This document shows positions 55,303 through 63,200 of a stretch of DNA of 64,000 nucleotides, piece after piece. The position numbers and the translations under genes were made by a program. Each line of letters opens with the position of its first letter. Position 1 is the first letter of the stretch. This DNA comes from a virus (lineage: Duplodnaviria; Caudoviricetes), in the IMG/VR virus record IMGVR_UViG_3300002446_000068, positions 1 to 64,000 of that record. The stretch is one strand, 5' to 3'. The notes below the pieces were generated by a model. The model was not told where the DNA came from, did not search any database, and saw only the letters and a list, made by a program, of their open reading frames with translations.

Positions 55303-56623
55303 CTGTCACTTTCCCGTCCTTTACCGCTGCAAGAATCTTGCCCATGATTTCACTGTGAATGTCCTTCCACTCGCCAACCGCTTTCTCGCCAAGGACTGTC
55401 CACAGCCACTCATCGGGGTTTTCAACACCCGCACTCTTGGCCAATGCCTGAATGCTGACGGGCACTTTTTGTTGATGTTGCGGGCCTATGACAATCTCGG
55501 GTCCGCGATCCACCACGGGGGCCGGGGCCGGGGGCTGTTCCTTTTTCACGGTCTGCTCCGTCGGTGCCCTGTCGCCAGCATAGTATTGGGGCCACCCAAA
55601 TGCGGCGACCTCACTGCCCTCCGCACAGAAGGTGCGCAAGGCTTGCAACATCTCCCACGTCAACTCATGGCCGGAGTCAATGTGGAAGTGGCGCTTGAGA
55701 TGATTCTTGAATCGCGGGTGGTCAGGGCCAAAGTTCTCAATGCCCTCACCGAACTTCTTGTTGATAAGGTTATTGAACGCATCGTTGGTCACGAGCTTGC
55801 CCCAGTCAACAATGGCGTCCGCTACCTTGTCCTCACCGAACCACATCTTCACTTTCTTCTGGTCGTCTACCGGTGGGACATCGTCCTTGGGGGCCATCTG
55901 CTTGTAGTAGTCGCCCATCATCTTGGTGAACCCCTTGGAATCGCTAAGGGTAGACGCCCACTTCATGGCCCCCATGCCGTCGGGGTCGGCGTAAATCTCT
56001 TTAAGAGACATGCCCTTGAACTTCTTGTCCTTGCCCCAACCCCACTCGCACACAGCGTCGCCCAAGTCTGTCGTGCCGGATGGCTCTGGGTCCTCTGCAT
56101 ACTTGGTGGCACGGCTGGACATATCCTCATAGCCGAGCACCTGTGCCGTGCGCTCATCAAAGTACAGCTCCGCACCCAGGGCGCGACCTACCCGCATCAG
56201 GGCGTTTTTGATTGCGTCCGACAGTGAGGACTTGGCCGCTGTGTCCATCTGCTGCGGTTTCACCGGCTCATAGCTGCTGGTCCGAGAGTTGTACGGGGCC
56301 TGCGCTACGCCAACTCCACGCCCGATACGGGAGAACCGTATCTCATTGGCCTTGTCGTCCGTCACAACAAACATCACCTTCACGGTTGTGATGAACACCC
56401 AGTCGCCAAAGGCCAGACCAGGCTTGAGCAGTTCAATGTGGTCGTCCGACAGAATAAAAATGTCCTCAATGCCGTCGATGCCAAAGATTTCATTGGCAAG
56501 CTGCATCGCGTATTGGGCGGTGATATAGTCCCCATACACCCCCCTCTGCGGGTCGGCGGGATGGATGACGTTCGGCGGTATGGGCTTGGCCAGTGCGTCA
56601 TTCACTACTTGCAGACTGTTCAC
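55247..56623 (-). CDS. Rad52/Rad22-family single-strand annealing protein (Sak-like) with long C-terminal extension
   Basis: YITAQYAMQLANEIFG, GRGVG, AAKSSLSDAIKNALMRVG..LG.ELY. Confidence 0.85.
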   Translation of the reverse strand: MNSLQVVNDALAKPIPPNVIHPADPQRGVYGDYITAQYAMQLANEIFGIDGIEDIFILSDDHIELLKPGLAFGDWVFITTVKVMFVVTDDKANEIRFSRIGRGVGVAQAPYNSRTSSYEPVKPQQMDTAAKSSLSDAIKNALMRVGRALGAELYFDERTAQVLGYEDMSSRATKYAEDPEPSGTTDLGDAVCEWGWGKDKKFKGMSLKEIYADPDGMGAMKWASTLSDSKGFTKMMGDYYKQMAPKDDVPPVDDQKKVKMWFGEDKVADAIVDWGKLVTNDAFNNLINKKFGEGIENFGPDHPRFKNHLKRHFHIDSGHELTWEMLQALRTFCAEGSEVAAFGWPQYYAGDRAPTEQTVKKEQPPAPAPVVDRGPEIVIGPQHQQKVPVSIQALAKSAGVENPDEWLWTVLGEKAVGEWKDIHSEIMGKILAAVKDGKVTDVSTAAIMWEVGLGQFAK

Positions 56624-56999
56624 GTTCCCTCCTCATAGCTTCCATCAAGATTTTCAGGACGTTGGCGGCGTGCTCCGCTTCGGCCTTCCGAAAGGCTACG
56701 TCCTCTTTCAACTCGATCACCCGCTGCTGCTTGGCACTCACCAACTCGGCGCTGTACACAATATAGTCGGCCTGAACCTTGCGTTGTTCCGCGTTCTTGC
56801 CGTCAATCGCACCGAGCCGGTAGGCTTCCTCCATGACGGAGGTTTCCAGCCGGTCCTTTTCGTATTGGAGAAGGGCCAGCATGGCAGCTCTGCTGATCTC
56901 CAAATTCTTTGCCTCAAGAGAGGCCACCGCCACATGATAGGCCACTCTCTCCAAACTTGTCAAATCTGACAGGATTTCTTCTACTACGTCCATTCTCAT
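56598..56999 (-). CDS. Coiled-coil hypothetical protein
   Basis: IDGKNAEQRK pattern; AAGGAAGG RBS. Confidence 0.6.
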   Translation of the reverse strand: MRMDVVEEILSDLTSLERVAYHVAVASLEAKNLEISRAAMLALLQYEKDRLETSVMEEAYRLGAIDGKNAEQRKVQADYIVYSAELVSAKQQRVIELKEDVAFRKAEAEHAANVLKILMEAMRREREQSASSE

Positions 57000-57013
57000 T
57001 CCTTCCTTTTTAG

Positions 57014-58258
57014 CTACACACGACTCCAAAAACTTCTGGTCTTTCTGTCGTGCTGGAGGGTGAACTCCCAATCCAACAGATTGTCGTCGATGTATGTCGG
57101 TGGTAACTTGTCCTTCTTGACCTTGAAAAACTCTGTGTCCGGCTCCAACCAATGGCGCATCATAATCACCACCTGGTCTGCCGCATGGTAGACACGCGCC
57201 GAGCCAAACGGGCTTGGGTTACTCACATTGTGTGTGTTGCGGAACTCATTCGCCTTGGTGTCGCTGAATTGAGCGAACACAAACGTACACACACCGTGGT
57301 CGATGCCTACATTCCGTATGCCCTCCACCAAAGAGGATAGCTCCTGGTCCTCCCTCTTTCTACCCGATGAATCATCCGGGGCTTTGAGATAGTCCCAAAT
57401 GACCACACTCGGTTTCTCCCAATACACGATTCGGTCCAGGGCCTCTGCGGTGCTGTGCTTGTAGTCGTAGATTGCCAGATACCTATCCAGTTTCTGTAAC
57501 TCTACAGAAGCGTCCACTTTCTGCAACCGCACTTCTCGGTCCGACCAGTTGCCCATCGGCCTTAGAACGCCAATCGCTACTTCGGTGGGCGGCATTTCTG
57601 TGGAAATGAACGCCGTCCGGATTCCCTTTTGCACCAACTGTGCGGCGATGGTGTAGGCCATTGTGGACTTGCCGTGATTGGAGATGCCGATAAACAGATT
57701 GGTGCTTGCCGACCACAACCCTCCTTTCAGAGCACGATCTAGCTGTGCTATTCCTGTATTGCCCATGATGTCCCGCGTCTCCCTCTTGTAGTGGGTGGAC
57801 GGCCTGGAATCGTAAGCACGGTCCTGCGTTAGCCCGTTAAACAGGTTGCAGGCGTAGGGCATCCACTGCCGGATTTCCTTGGGCTTGCCCTTGCGTAGAT
57901 CCTGCACTTCACGGACCGCCTGGTCAAAGTCGCGCAACAGGACCGCATCTTGCAGAGGCTCGACAAACACCTCTACCTTGTTGCCCGGTGGCGCTGGCTC
58001 TTTCCAGATAGCCAGCAGGTCTTTCCACCTCTCGGGTGGAACCCCATTGTTGGAGAACGACATAATGGAAAGAGGGTCTATCTCTTTCCCTGTCATCCTC
58101 AAACGGATAGAGGATTCTATAGCCGACCCATACAGCGGGTCGGAGAACCACCTTCGCGTTACCCCCCTCTGTATCAGAAGGTCTACAGTGGCGGGGTCTT
58201 TTGCAATCCATCTGACAACCGATTCTTCGGCGGGGATGTTCTTTGTTGGGTCTGCCAT
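57014..58258 (-). CDS. dnaB: DnaB-like replicative helicase
   Basis: TGIAQLDRALKGGL, GISNHGKST Walker A, FISTEM, VIWDYL, FAQ, ADQVVIM. Confidence 0.88.
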   Translation of the reverse strand: MADPTKNIPAEESVVRWIAKDPATVDLLIQRGVTRRWFSDPLYGSAIESSIRLRMTGKEIDPLSIMSFSNNGVPPERWKDLLAIWKEPAPPGNKVEVFVEPLQDAVLLRDFDQAVREVQDLRKGKPKEIRQWMPYACNLFNGLTQDRAYDSRPSTHYKRETRDIMGNTGIAQLDRALKGGLWSASTNLFIGISNHGKSTMAYTIAAQLVQKGIRTAFISTEMPPTEVAIGVLRPMGNWSDREVRLQKVDASVELQKLDRYLAIYDYKHSTAEALDRIVYWEKPSVVIWDYLKAPDDSSGRKREDQELSSLVEGIRNVGIDHGVCTFVFAQFSDTKANEFRNTHNVSNPSPFGSARVYHAADQVVIMMRHWLEPDTEFFKVKKDKLPPTYIDDNLLDWEFTLQHDRKTRSFWSRV

Positions 58259-58761
58259 TTACGGACACTCTCCTTATGCTTGCGCTCACCGATTATGTCC
58301 ATCAACCAAGGCACTTCGTTCGGGTCGCGCCGAATGTAGAGTCCGTCCCAATCTCCCCTTTCTATTGCCAGTTTCCCCCATTGCCGGACCCACTCATCAA
58401 AATCACAAGAGTAAATAGGCGGCATAGGAGGCGGGGAGACAAACCTCTCGATAAGAGGAGGCTCGCCCCACAAGTACAGAATCTCCATGCCCTGGATAGA
58501 ACCCTTGGGCAAATCGTCTATGTCGTACCCAAAGGCTTTGTAGTCCCTTCTCTTGAGAGCAGCCAGTGCGGCTATCACCGCATCGTAGTCGTACTTCATT
58601 TCTTTGAGAAGGCGGCTTGCTGTTTTCATGTGCCGCCCACGGTAGTCGGCGGGGGTCATCTTGCGCCCCATCACTACGGTGATAAAATACACAGCCAGGT
58701 CACGAACCTTGTTGTTGCTCACGCCAATACTCCATAGGCCACCAAAATTCAAACCCCTCAA
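58183..58761 (-). CDS. Hypothetical protein (possible replication initiator/loader)
   Basis: Directly upstream of helicase; function from position only. Confidence 0.55.
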   Translation of the reverse strand: MRGLNFGGLWSIGVSNNKVRDLAVYFITVVMGRKMTPADYRGRHMKTASRLLKEMKYDYDAVIAALAALKRRDYKAFGYDIDDLPKGSIQGMEILYLWGEPPLIERFVSPPPMPPIYSCDFDEWVRQWGKLAIERGDWDGLYIRRDPNEVPWLMDIIGERKHKESVRKWQTQQRTSPPKNRLSDGLQKTPPL

Positions 58762-58888
58762 GCGTTAGCCCAAAGGGATCAGACGTGATGCGCACCTTCA
58801 CTTGGAGTCGCCACTGGCTCACATCCAAAACCTTGCCGGTTAGCGCGGGGGCCGTCCTCCAGTACACGTGCGTTCCCTCTTGTATCAT
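58700..58888 (-). CDS. Hypothetical protein
   Basis: Small ORF; true start may be GTG near 58870. Confidence 0.45.
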   Translation of the reverse strand: MIQEGTHVYWRTAPALTGKVLDVSQWRLQVKVRITSDPFGLTLEGFEFWWPMEYWREQQQGS

Positions 58889-58914
58889 TATACACCTTCC
58901 ACGCTATTTGTTAA
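58887..58914 (-). promoter_or_regulatory. Possible promoter for helicase unit
   Basis: TTAACA-N16-TATAAT. Confidence 0.55.
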
Positions 58915-59237
58915 TCGAGTTCTAGTTTGACGGCAAAATCGTGGTAGTGACCAAGGCTACAGTGAGGAGAAAGGTGATACGTCTCTATCCCAAATTTCAC
59001 GTAGATGCCCGGACTGTCGCTCCAAGATGTTGTACACTCATATTGCTTTAGCACCTTGTCGGGCAGCACATACCCGGGCCGATAGACCACACGCTTGACC
59101 TTGAATCCAGCAAACTCTAAATAGACTGGCGCATACCCATCAGGGATACGCCTTACTACAAACGGCGGGAGCTGCCGTACTGGAATACGCCAGTTTGTTG
59201 CCAGTTGTTTGATAACGCGGATAATGCTGTCGTCCAT
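58911..59237 (-). CDS. Hypothetical protein
   Basis: 108-aa ORF. Confidence 0.5.
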   Translation of the reverse strand: MDDSIIRVIKQLATNWRIPVRQLPPFVVRRIPDGYAPVYLEFAGFKVKRVVYRPGYVLPDKVLKQYECTTSWSDSPGIYVKFGIETYHLSPHCSLGHYHDFAVKLELD

Positions 59238-59773
59238 TGAATGGTATCCTTGGCCTTGCGACGTACCGAATCCAACACCTTGCCAGCCGTTACGTGGCTG
59301 ACTCCAAGTAGCTTGCCCAAGTCCCTATACGTGACCTTCTTGTTGTCCGCATTTGACATAAGGACATAGGCCAAACAGTCCCGTTCCTGTGCTGTGAGTG
59401 ACACCCACAGCGGCTTGTACCAGCACGGCACGGGTGCATCCATCTCAAACGGGTCTACAAAATCAACACTTGGTGAACTGACCATCCACGGCTCCTCAGC
59501 GTAATCGTCGGTGAATTCAACGGGCAGTTCAACTTCCTTGGCACGGAACCTGTCCCCAAGATACCACTTGGCATGATTGACCAGGTAGGTTTCCAGGCTC
59601 GCCCTGCGCGGGTCATAGTCTCCAAGCTCACATGCTGTGAATAGGGCATGTTCCAAGACATCATCATAAAGGTGGGATGCTCCCTTCACAGCGCATAGCC
59701 TCTTGATTTTCAGCTCCGTTGACGGAAGGTGTACTGCCAACATCGGGTCCATCCACATCAAATCCCTGCTCAT
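59156..59773 (-). CDS. Phage sigma70-family (ECF-like) sigma factor
   Basis: Region 2 YDPRRASLETYLVNHAKWYLGD; region 4 LTAQER..VTYRDLGKLLGVSHVT. Confidence 0.78.
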   Translation of the reverse strand: MSRDLMWMDPMLAVHLPSTELKIKRLCAVKGASHLYDDVLEHALFTACELGDYDPRRASLETYLVNHAKWYLGDRFRAKEVELPVEFTDDYAEEPWMVSSPSVDFVDPFEMDAPVPCWYKPLWVSLTAQERDCLAYVLMSNADNKKVTYRDLGKLLGVSHVTAGKVLDSVRRKAKDTIQWTTALSALSNNWQQTGVFQYGSSRRL

Positions 59774-59963
59774 TCAACCACTCCTTGTACGATTTGATTC
59801 GGTGTAATCCCTTGATAAATTCGTAGCAGTGGTACACTACATAATCCCTCTTTGTCGGAGGGACACCCAACAAGGCAGCGGCTTCCACTTTGCGGATATA
59901 GTGTGCCCTATCCACCTGGTGGTCCGCTACCTCCCTCTGTCTCATCATGCGCGACCAGTACAT
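59664..59963 (-). CDS. Hypothetical protein
   Basis: GGAGG RBS before ATG. Confidence 0.45.
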   Translation of the reverse strand: MYWSRMMRQREVADHQVDRAHYIRKVEAAALLGVPPTKRDYVVYHCYEFIKGLHRIKSYKEWLNEQGFDVDGPDVGSTPSVNGAENQEAMRCEGSIPPL

Positions 59964-60055
59964 AACGCCTCCGCTTGGGGCAAGCGCCCACTGTCCCAGC
60001 TATCTCAAACCCACACAAGTACCCTTTAAGGGTACTGACTGGGACAGCCACGCCC

Positions 60056-60385
60056 TTATTGGGCACCAGGCAAAGATGCCGCACTCTGCATCTTACGAAC
60101 AATTCCCCTGGCGGCTCTTTTGGTGGCATACTCCAATCCAACCTCACTGTCCCACTTATCGTGGCCGGACACCTTGGCAAATCCAGTGGAATGAAAAAAG
60201 CCTCCCTCTCCGTCATCCATAAACAACACGACACAGGTGTAGGGCTGCTTCTGGGTGAATTGCCCGTGCAGGCTCAGGGCGCTGTCTACAAATGCAAAGG
60301 TCTCATACCCAACAACAAGTTCTCTGCCACGAAGCCTCTCCTTGACCGACTGGACGATTTCTTCCACCAAATCCTTGTACATCAT
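60056..60385 (-). CDS. Hypothetical protein
   Basis: GAGGAGAGG RBS before ATG 60385. Confidence 0.65.
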   Translation of the reverse strand: MMYKDLVEEIVQSVKERLRGRELVVGYETFAFVDSALSLHGQFTQKQPYTCVVLFMDDGEGGFFHSTGFAKVSGHDKWDSEVGLEYATKRAARGIVRKMQSAASLPGAQ

Positions 60386-60407
60386 CCTCTCCTCATCTAC
60401 ACCATGC

Positions 60408-60435
60408 AAAAGCCTGGGGTTTTGACACCCCAGGC
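60408..60435 (-). terminator. Intrinsic terminator after Ro60
   Basis: GCCTGGGG-TGTCAAAA-CCCCAGGC-TTTT. Confidence 0.75.
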
Positions 60436-60442
60436 CCATTCG

Positions 60443-62092
60443 CTACCACGTGGCAAAGTCGCTGATTAGCTGCGGTGCAGCCGTATCGTACCCGACCACA
60501 TCCACCATCCCACCATCATTGGGGTCCGCAATTGAGAACCCCGTGCTGGTCATGCCGACCACTGCCAACTTGGCCGGAATGCCCATCTCACGCCGGTACT
60601 GCTTGAGGGCCTGTACAGGATGAATGCGACCGGCCCACGTTTCGTGGTCGGTATAGACAACGAATGTATCAATGGGCGTCTTGGTTTCCGTCGCGTAAAT
60701 CATCGGCAGGGAACAGTCGGTCCCGCCAAAGGGCAGGTTGTCCACTTCCCGCACCACATCATCCAGCCGTTGTCGCGGCGAGATGTTCAGCACCGATAGC
60801 GCGTCCCGGCCGCTACCGCTAGTGAACCCCACAAACATATGATTGGGTTCCACCTTTGCGGTGATGAGGGCCATCGCCGCCGACCCCACTCTCGGGGTTA
60901 CGCCGGTCATGCCTGCAATCTCACCACACGTCATGCTCCCTGATACGTCTAGGGCCAGCATCCAGCGCTTGCCGGTGCTTTCGACGTTGCCGAACGCCTG
61001 ATAGAACGCATCATCTAATGCGTCTATAATCTGTGGTACAGGCTCCCAGGTCTTGACATCCGAATCGGAAACACGACCCCTGCTGTGATAGCCCACCGCA
61101 CGTCCACGGGCCACCCCTGCCCCACCCTTGTAGGTATTCAGGGCCACCAGAATGGTGAGGGGATGGACCTTGGCGCGGAGCACAGCCTCACTGTCCAGCC
61201 GCGCGGCCACCAGGCTTGTAGCCGCCGACATCGGGGCCAGCAGACCCACACGAGTCATGTTCGCCAGATTACGAATCATGGCCGTCATGGGCATTTCTTC
61301 CAGCAGGGCCGCCCACACTTCCTTATCGGTCAGCCACTCGGTCGGAATCATTTCGCGGGTCAGCTTGTAGTCGCGGATATACTTGACAATCTGTGACGTC
61401 GTTTTGGCCCGCTTGGCCGACTCATACCCCACGATGGTGGGTATGTCGCTCGACGGGTCGGGCAAAGCGCCCTTCACCACCCAGGCAAAGATGTCCTGGT
61501 AGATTTCCTCCGTCGGATCCGGGTGAGACAGCCGCAGCAAGTCTCGGTGGGACCAGCCCTCCCGCTGTTGATACTTGACGACCTGGTAGGCCAAGTGCGC
61601 CGGGCTTTTGCTCAAGTACCAGTTGGCCACGGCCTCGCGCAGCGACCGCCCCCAGCCCCGAAAGTGCTCCACATAATCCACGTACTTGAACAAGTGGGCA
61701 CCGGTACGCGCCACAAGCGGCAGGCTTTCGAGTGCGTACAGACTTGCAAGCCCGGAGCACTCCGGCGATGACGCCAATGCCAATGCGAACAGGGCAGCGT
61801 CGTTCTTGGGCGCACGCCCTACCCTGCTCACTTCGACGATACGGTCCACCGTCCGTCGCCCATCCGCTTTGAGGCAGCGGATAACGCATTCTGCATTCGC
61901 AACAGTTAGCTCCGCCGCACTTGCGTAGTAGGTGGGGGAGTCCGACCCCAGGATAAGGAACCGGTCCAGCCTGGCCCAGTCGTCCAGGGCAAAGGCAAAC
62001 CCACCCGCACTATTGCGCACCTGGTCGGTGCCGGGGATGGGTTGGGATTGCGGCGTCTGCCGCGTGGAAAAAGCGTCCGTGTACTTCATCAT
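60443..62092 (-). CDS. rsr: Ro60/Rsr ortholog (TROVE + vWA domain RNA-binding protein)
   Basis: NSAGGFAF..DDWARLDRFLILGS...TYYA, KYQQREGWSHRDLLRLSH, LALDVSGSM MIDAS, VVYTDHETW; AAGGAGG RBS before ATG 62092/62089. Confidence 0.95.
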   Translation of the reverse strand: MMKYTDAFSTRQTPQSQPIPGTDQVRNSAGGFAFALDDWARLDRFLILGSDSPTYYASAAELTVANAECVIRCLKADGRRTVDRIVEVSRVGRAPKNDAALFALALASSPECSGLASLYALESLPLVARTGAHLFKYVDYVEHFRGWGRSLREAVANWYLSKSPAHLAYQVVKYQQREGWSHRDLLRLSHPDPTEEIYQDIFAWVVKGALPDPSSDIPTIVGYESAKRAKTTSQIVKYIRDYKLTREMIPTEWLTDKEVWAALLEEMPMTAMIRNLANMTRVGLLAPMSAATSLVAARLDSEAVLRAKVHPLTILVALNTYKGGAGVARGRAVGYHSRGRVSDSDVKTWEPVPQIIDALDDAFYQAFGNVESTGKRWMLALDVSGSMTCGEIAGMTGVTPRVGSAAMALITAKVEPNHMFVGFTSGSGRDALSVLNISPRQRLDDVVREVDNLPFGGTDCSLPMIYATETKTPIDTFVVYTDHETWAGRIHPVQALKQYRREMGIPAKLAVVGMTSTGFSIADPNDGGMVDVVGYDTAAPQLISDFATW

Positions 62093-62176
62093 CGACCCTC
62101 CTTTGGGATAAATTGGCGTGTGGAGCCGAAACCCCACACGCCTGACTATTTGGGGCATCCACCCCGGAACGCTTGG

Positions 62177-62242
62177 TGGGCTAGTATTTGTAGTCGGGAA
62201 TTTCATACCCGAAGTGTTTGATAACCGACCACATCCGGCCCA
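62177..62242 (-). ncRNA. Y RNA 4 (end-paired, YrlB/animal-like topology)
   Basis: TGGGCCGG/CTAGCCCA lower stem; TGTGGTCGG/CCGACTACA upper stem; GGTTATC; TATAAT 5 nt upstream (62253-62248). Confidence 0.8.
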
Positions 62243-62284
62243 CACATATTATAAACGCTGTGCGTTTAATATCATCTCTTATAC

Positions 62285-62340
62285 GGGCGAATGATTGTGG
62301 TGGGAGATTCTTATGATAGATAACCCACCAACTCCGGCCC
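62285..62340 (-). ncRNA. Y RNA 3 (56-nt minimal, end-paired)
   Basis: GGGC(C)GGA/TTCGCCC bulged-C helix; TGGTGGG/CCCACCA upper stem; GGTTATC. Confidence 0.8.
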
Positions 62341-62352
62341 GAGCTTTCCTGT

Positions 62353-62481
62353 GGAGAGAAGTGGGATTTGAACCCACATCACTCGATTACAAGTCGATAA
62401 CCGATAACCTCCGGCCCACCTACCGTTAGGGCTAAACATGGCATCGGTGTTTCAGTGCTCTACCATTGAGCTATTCTCTCC
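62353..62481 (-). ncRNA. Y RNA 2: tRNA(UGU)-Y RNA chimera
   Basis: 8-bp acceptor GGAGAGAA/TTCTCTCC, D arm GCTC-AATGGTA-GAGC, anticodon loop CTTGTAA, T arm GTGGG-TTCAAAT-CCCAC, 57-nt Y module insert. Confidence 0.85.
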
Positions 62482-62488
62482 ATGTAGG

Positions 62489-62612
62489 GAGAGGGGGCGG
62501 GAATCGAACCCACGTCCTAAGGTCCCATTAGATAACCAACCACAGTCGGCCAAATCGGCAAGGGTATTGCGGTCGGATCAACCTTATGCCTTACCACTAG
62601 GCTACCCCTCTC
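62489..62612 (-). ncRNA. Y RNA 1: YrlA-like tRNA mimic
   Basis: 8-bp acceptor GAGAGGGG/CCCCTCTC, D arm GCC-TAGTGGTAA-GGC, stem TAAGG/CCTTA, Y module with TTGCC/GGC(C)GA helix in place of anticodon loop, T arm GTGGG-TTCGATT-CCCGC. Confidence 0.85.
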
Positions 62613-62619
62613 ACATTCT

Positions 62620-62647
62620 ATTATAGGGAATCCACATTCCCTGTAAA
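62620..62647 (-). promoter_or_regulatory. Promoter of Y RNA-Ro60 operon
   Basis: TTTACA-N16-TATAAT, 7 nt before Y RNA 1. Confidence 0.8.
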
Positions 62648-63082
62648 GGAGGCCCGTACCTCCTCATAGTGGCCCATCAGGAAACTAATCTCTGTCTTTT
62701 GCCAATCCCACCAGTCGTACAGAATGTCTGGCAAGGACTGTGTGGGGTCTACCACTCTGCCGAACGCCTCTTTGATATACCGGTCCCGTCCCTCAATGTC
62801 GGCCAGGATACGGCCCACATGTTCGTCCGCCGGATACTCTGCAAGTTGCATCTCCCGTTCAATGTCAGCGGGGTCACGCATCACGTACTTGACCAGGTGG
62901 CCGCTGAACTCATGGACGATATGGGCCAATTGGGTTGTCGCTATCACCGAGTCCCCGTTGCCCACCAACACACGGTTGAGCGTCGCCATATCGCGGATAT
63001 CCTCATCATCCAGCACCGGCAGGCCCAACTCTCTCGCTACTAACTCTACCCCACTATAGGGTGGCCCTGCGACGATAATCAT
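62621..63082 (-). CDS. Degenerate P-loop, sulfotransferase-like protein
   Basis: IIVAGPPYSG (5'-PSB-like) and KYVMRDPAD (3'-PB-like). Confidence 0.5.
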   Translation of the reverse strand: MIIVAGPPYSGVELVARELGLPVLDDEDIRDMATLNRVLVGNGDSVIATTQLAHIVHEFSGHLVKYVMRDPADIEREMQLAEYPADEHVGRILADIEGRDRYIKEAFGRVVDPTQSLPDILYDWWDWQKTEISFLMGHYEEVRASFTGNVDSL

Positions 63083-63172
63083 CCTGTGACCCTCATTTAA
63101 GGCTCTTTAACGGGAGAGTGGGGTGTGGCTTCCCGAGCAGGTGGGGGCTTATCCTCACTCTCCCGTCAATCT

Positions 63173-63200
63173 ATTATAGGAAACCCACGGATTCTGTAAA
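63173..63200 (-). promoter_or_regulatory. Promoter
   Basis: TTTACA-N16-TATAAT. Confidence 0.7.

Noticed and set aside
55184-56227. 347-aa plus-strand ORF
   Set aside because: Antisense shadow of the Rad52-like gene
62093-62245. 51-aa N-terminal extension of Ro60 given by the ORF track
   Set aside because: Overlaps Y RNA 4 and hairpins; a strong AAGGAGG RBS precedes ATG 62092/62089
62219-62552. Repeated GATAACC...CCGGCC motif as a CRISPR array
   Set aside because: Irregular spacing, degenerate repeats embedded in base-paired RNA folds and no cas genes; explained by Y RNA Ro-binding stems
62353-62612. Two ordinary tRNA genes
   Set aside because: Both are 124-129 nt with a Y-module insert, 8-bp acceptor stems and no encoded CCA; RNA1 has no anticodon loop
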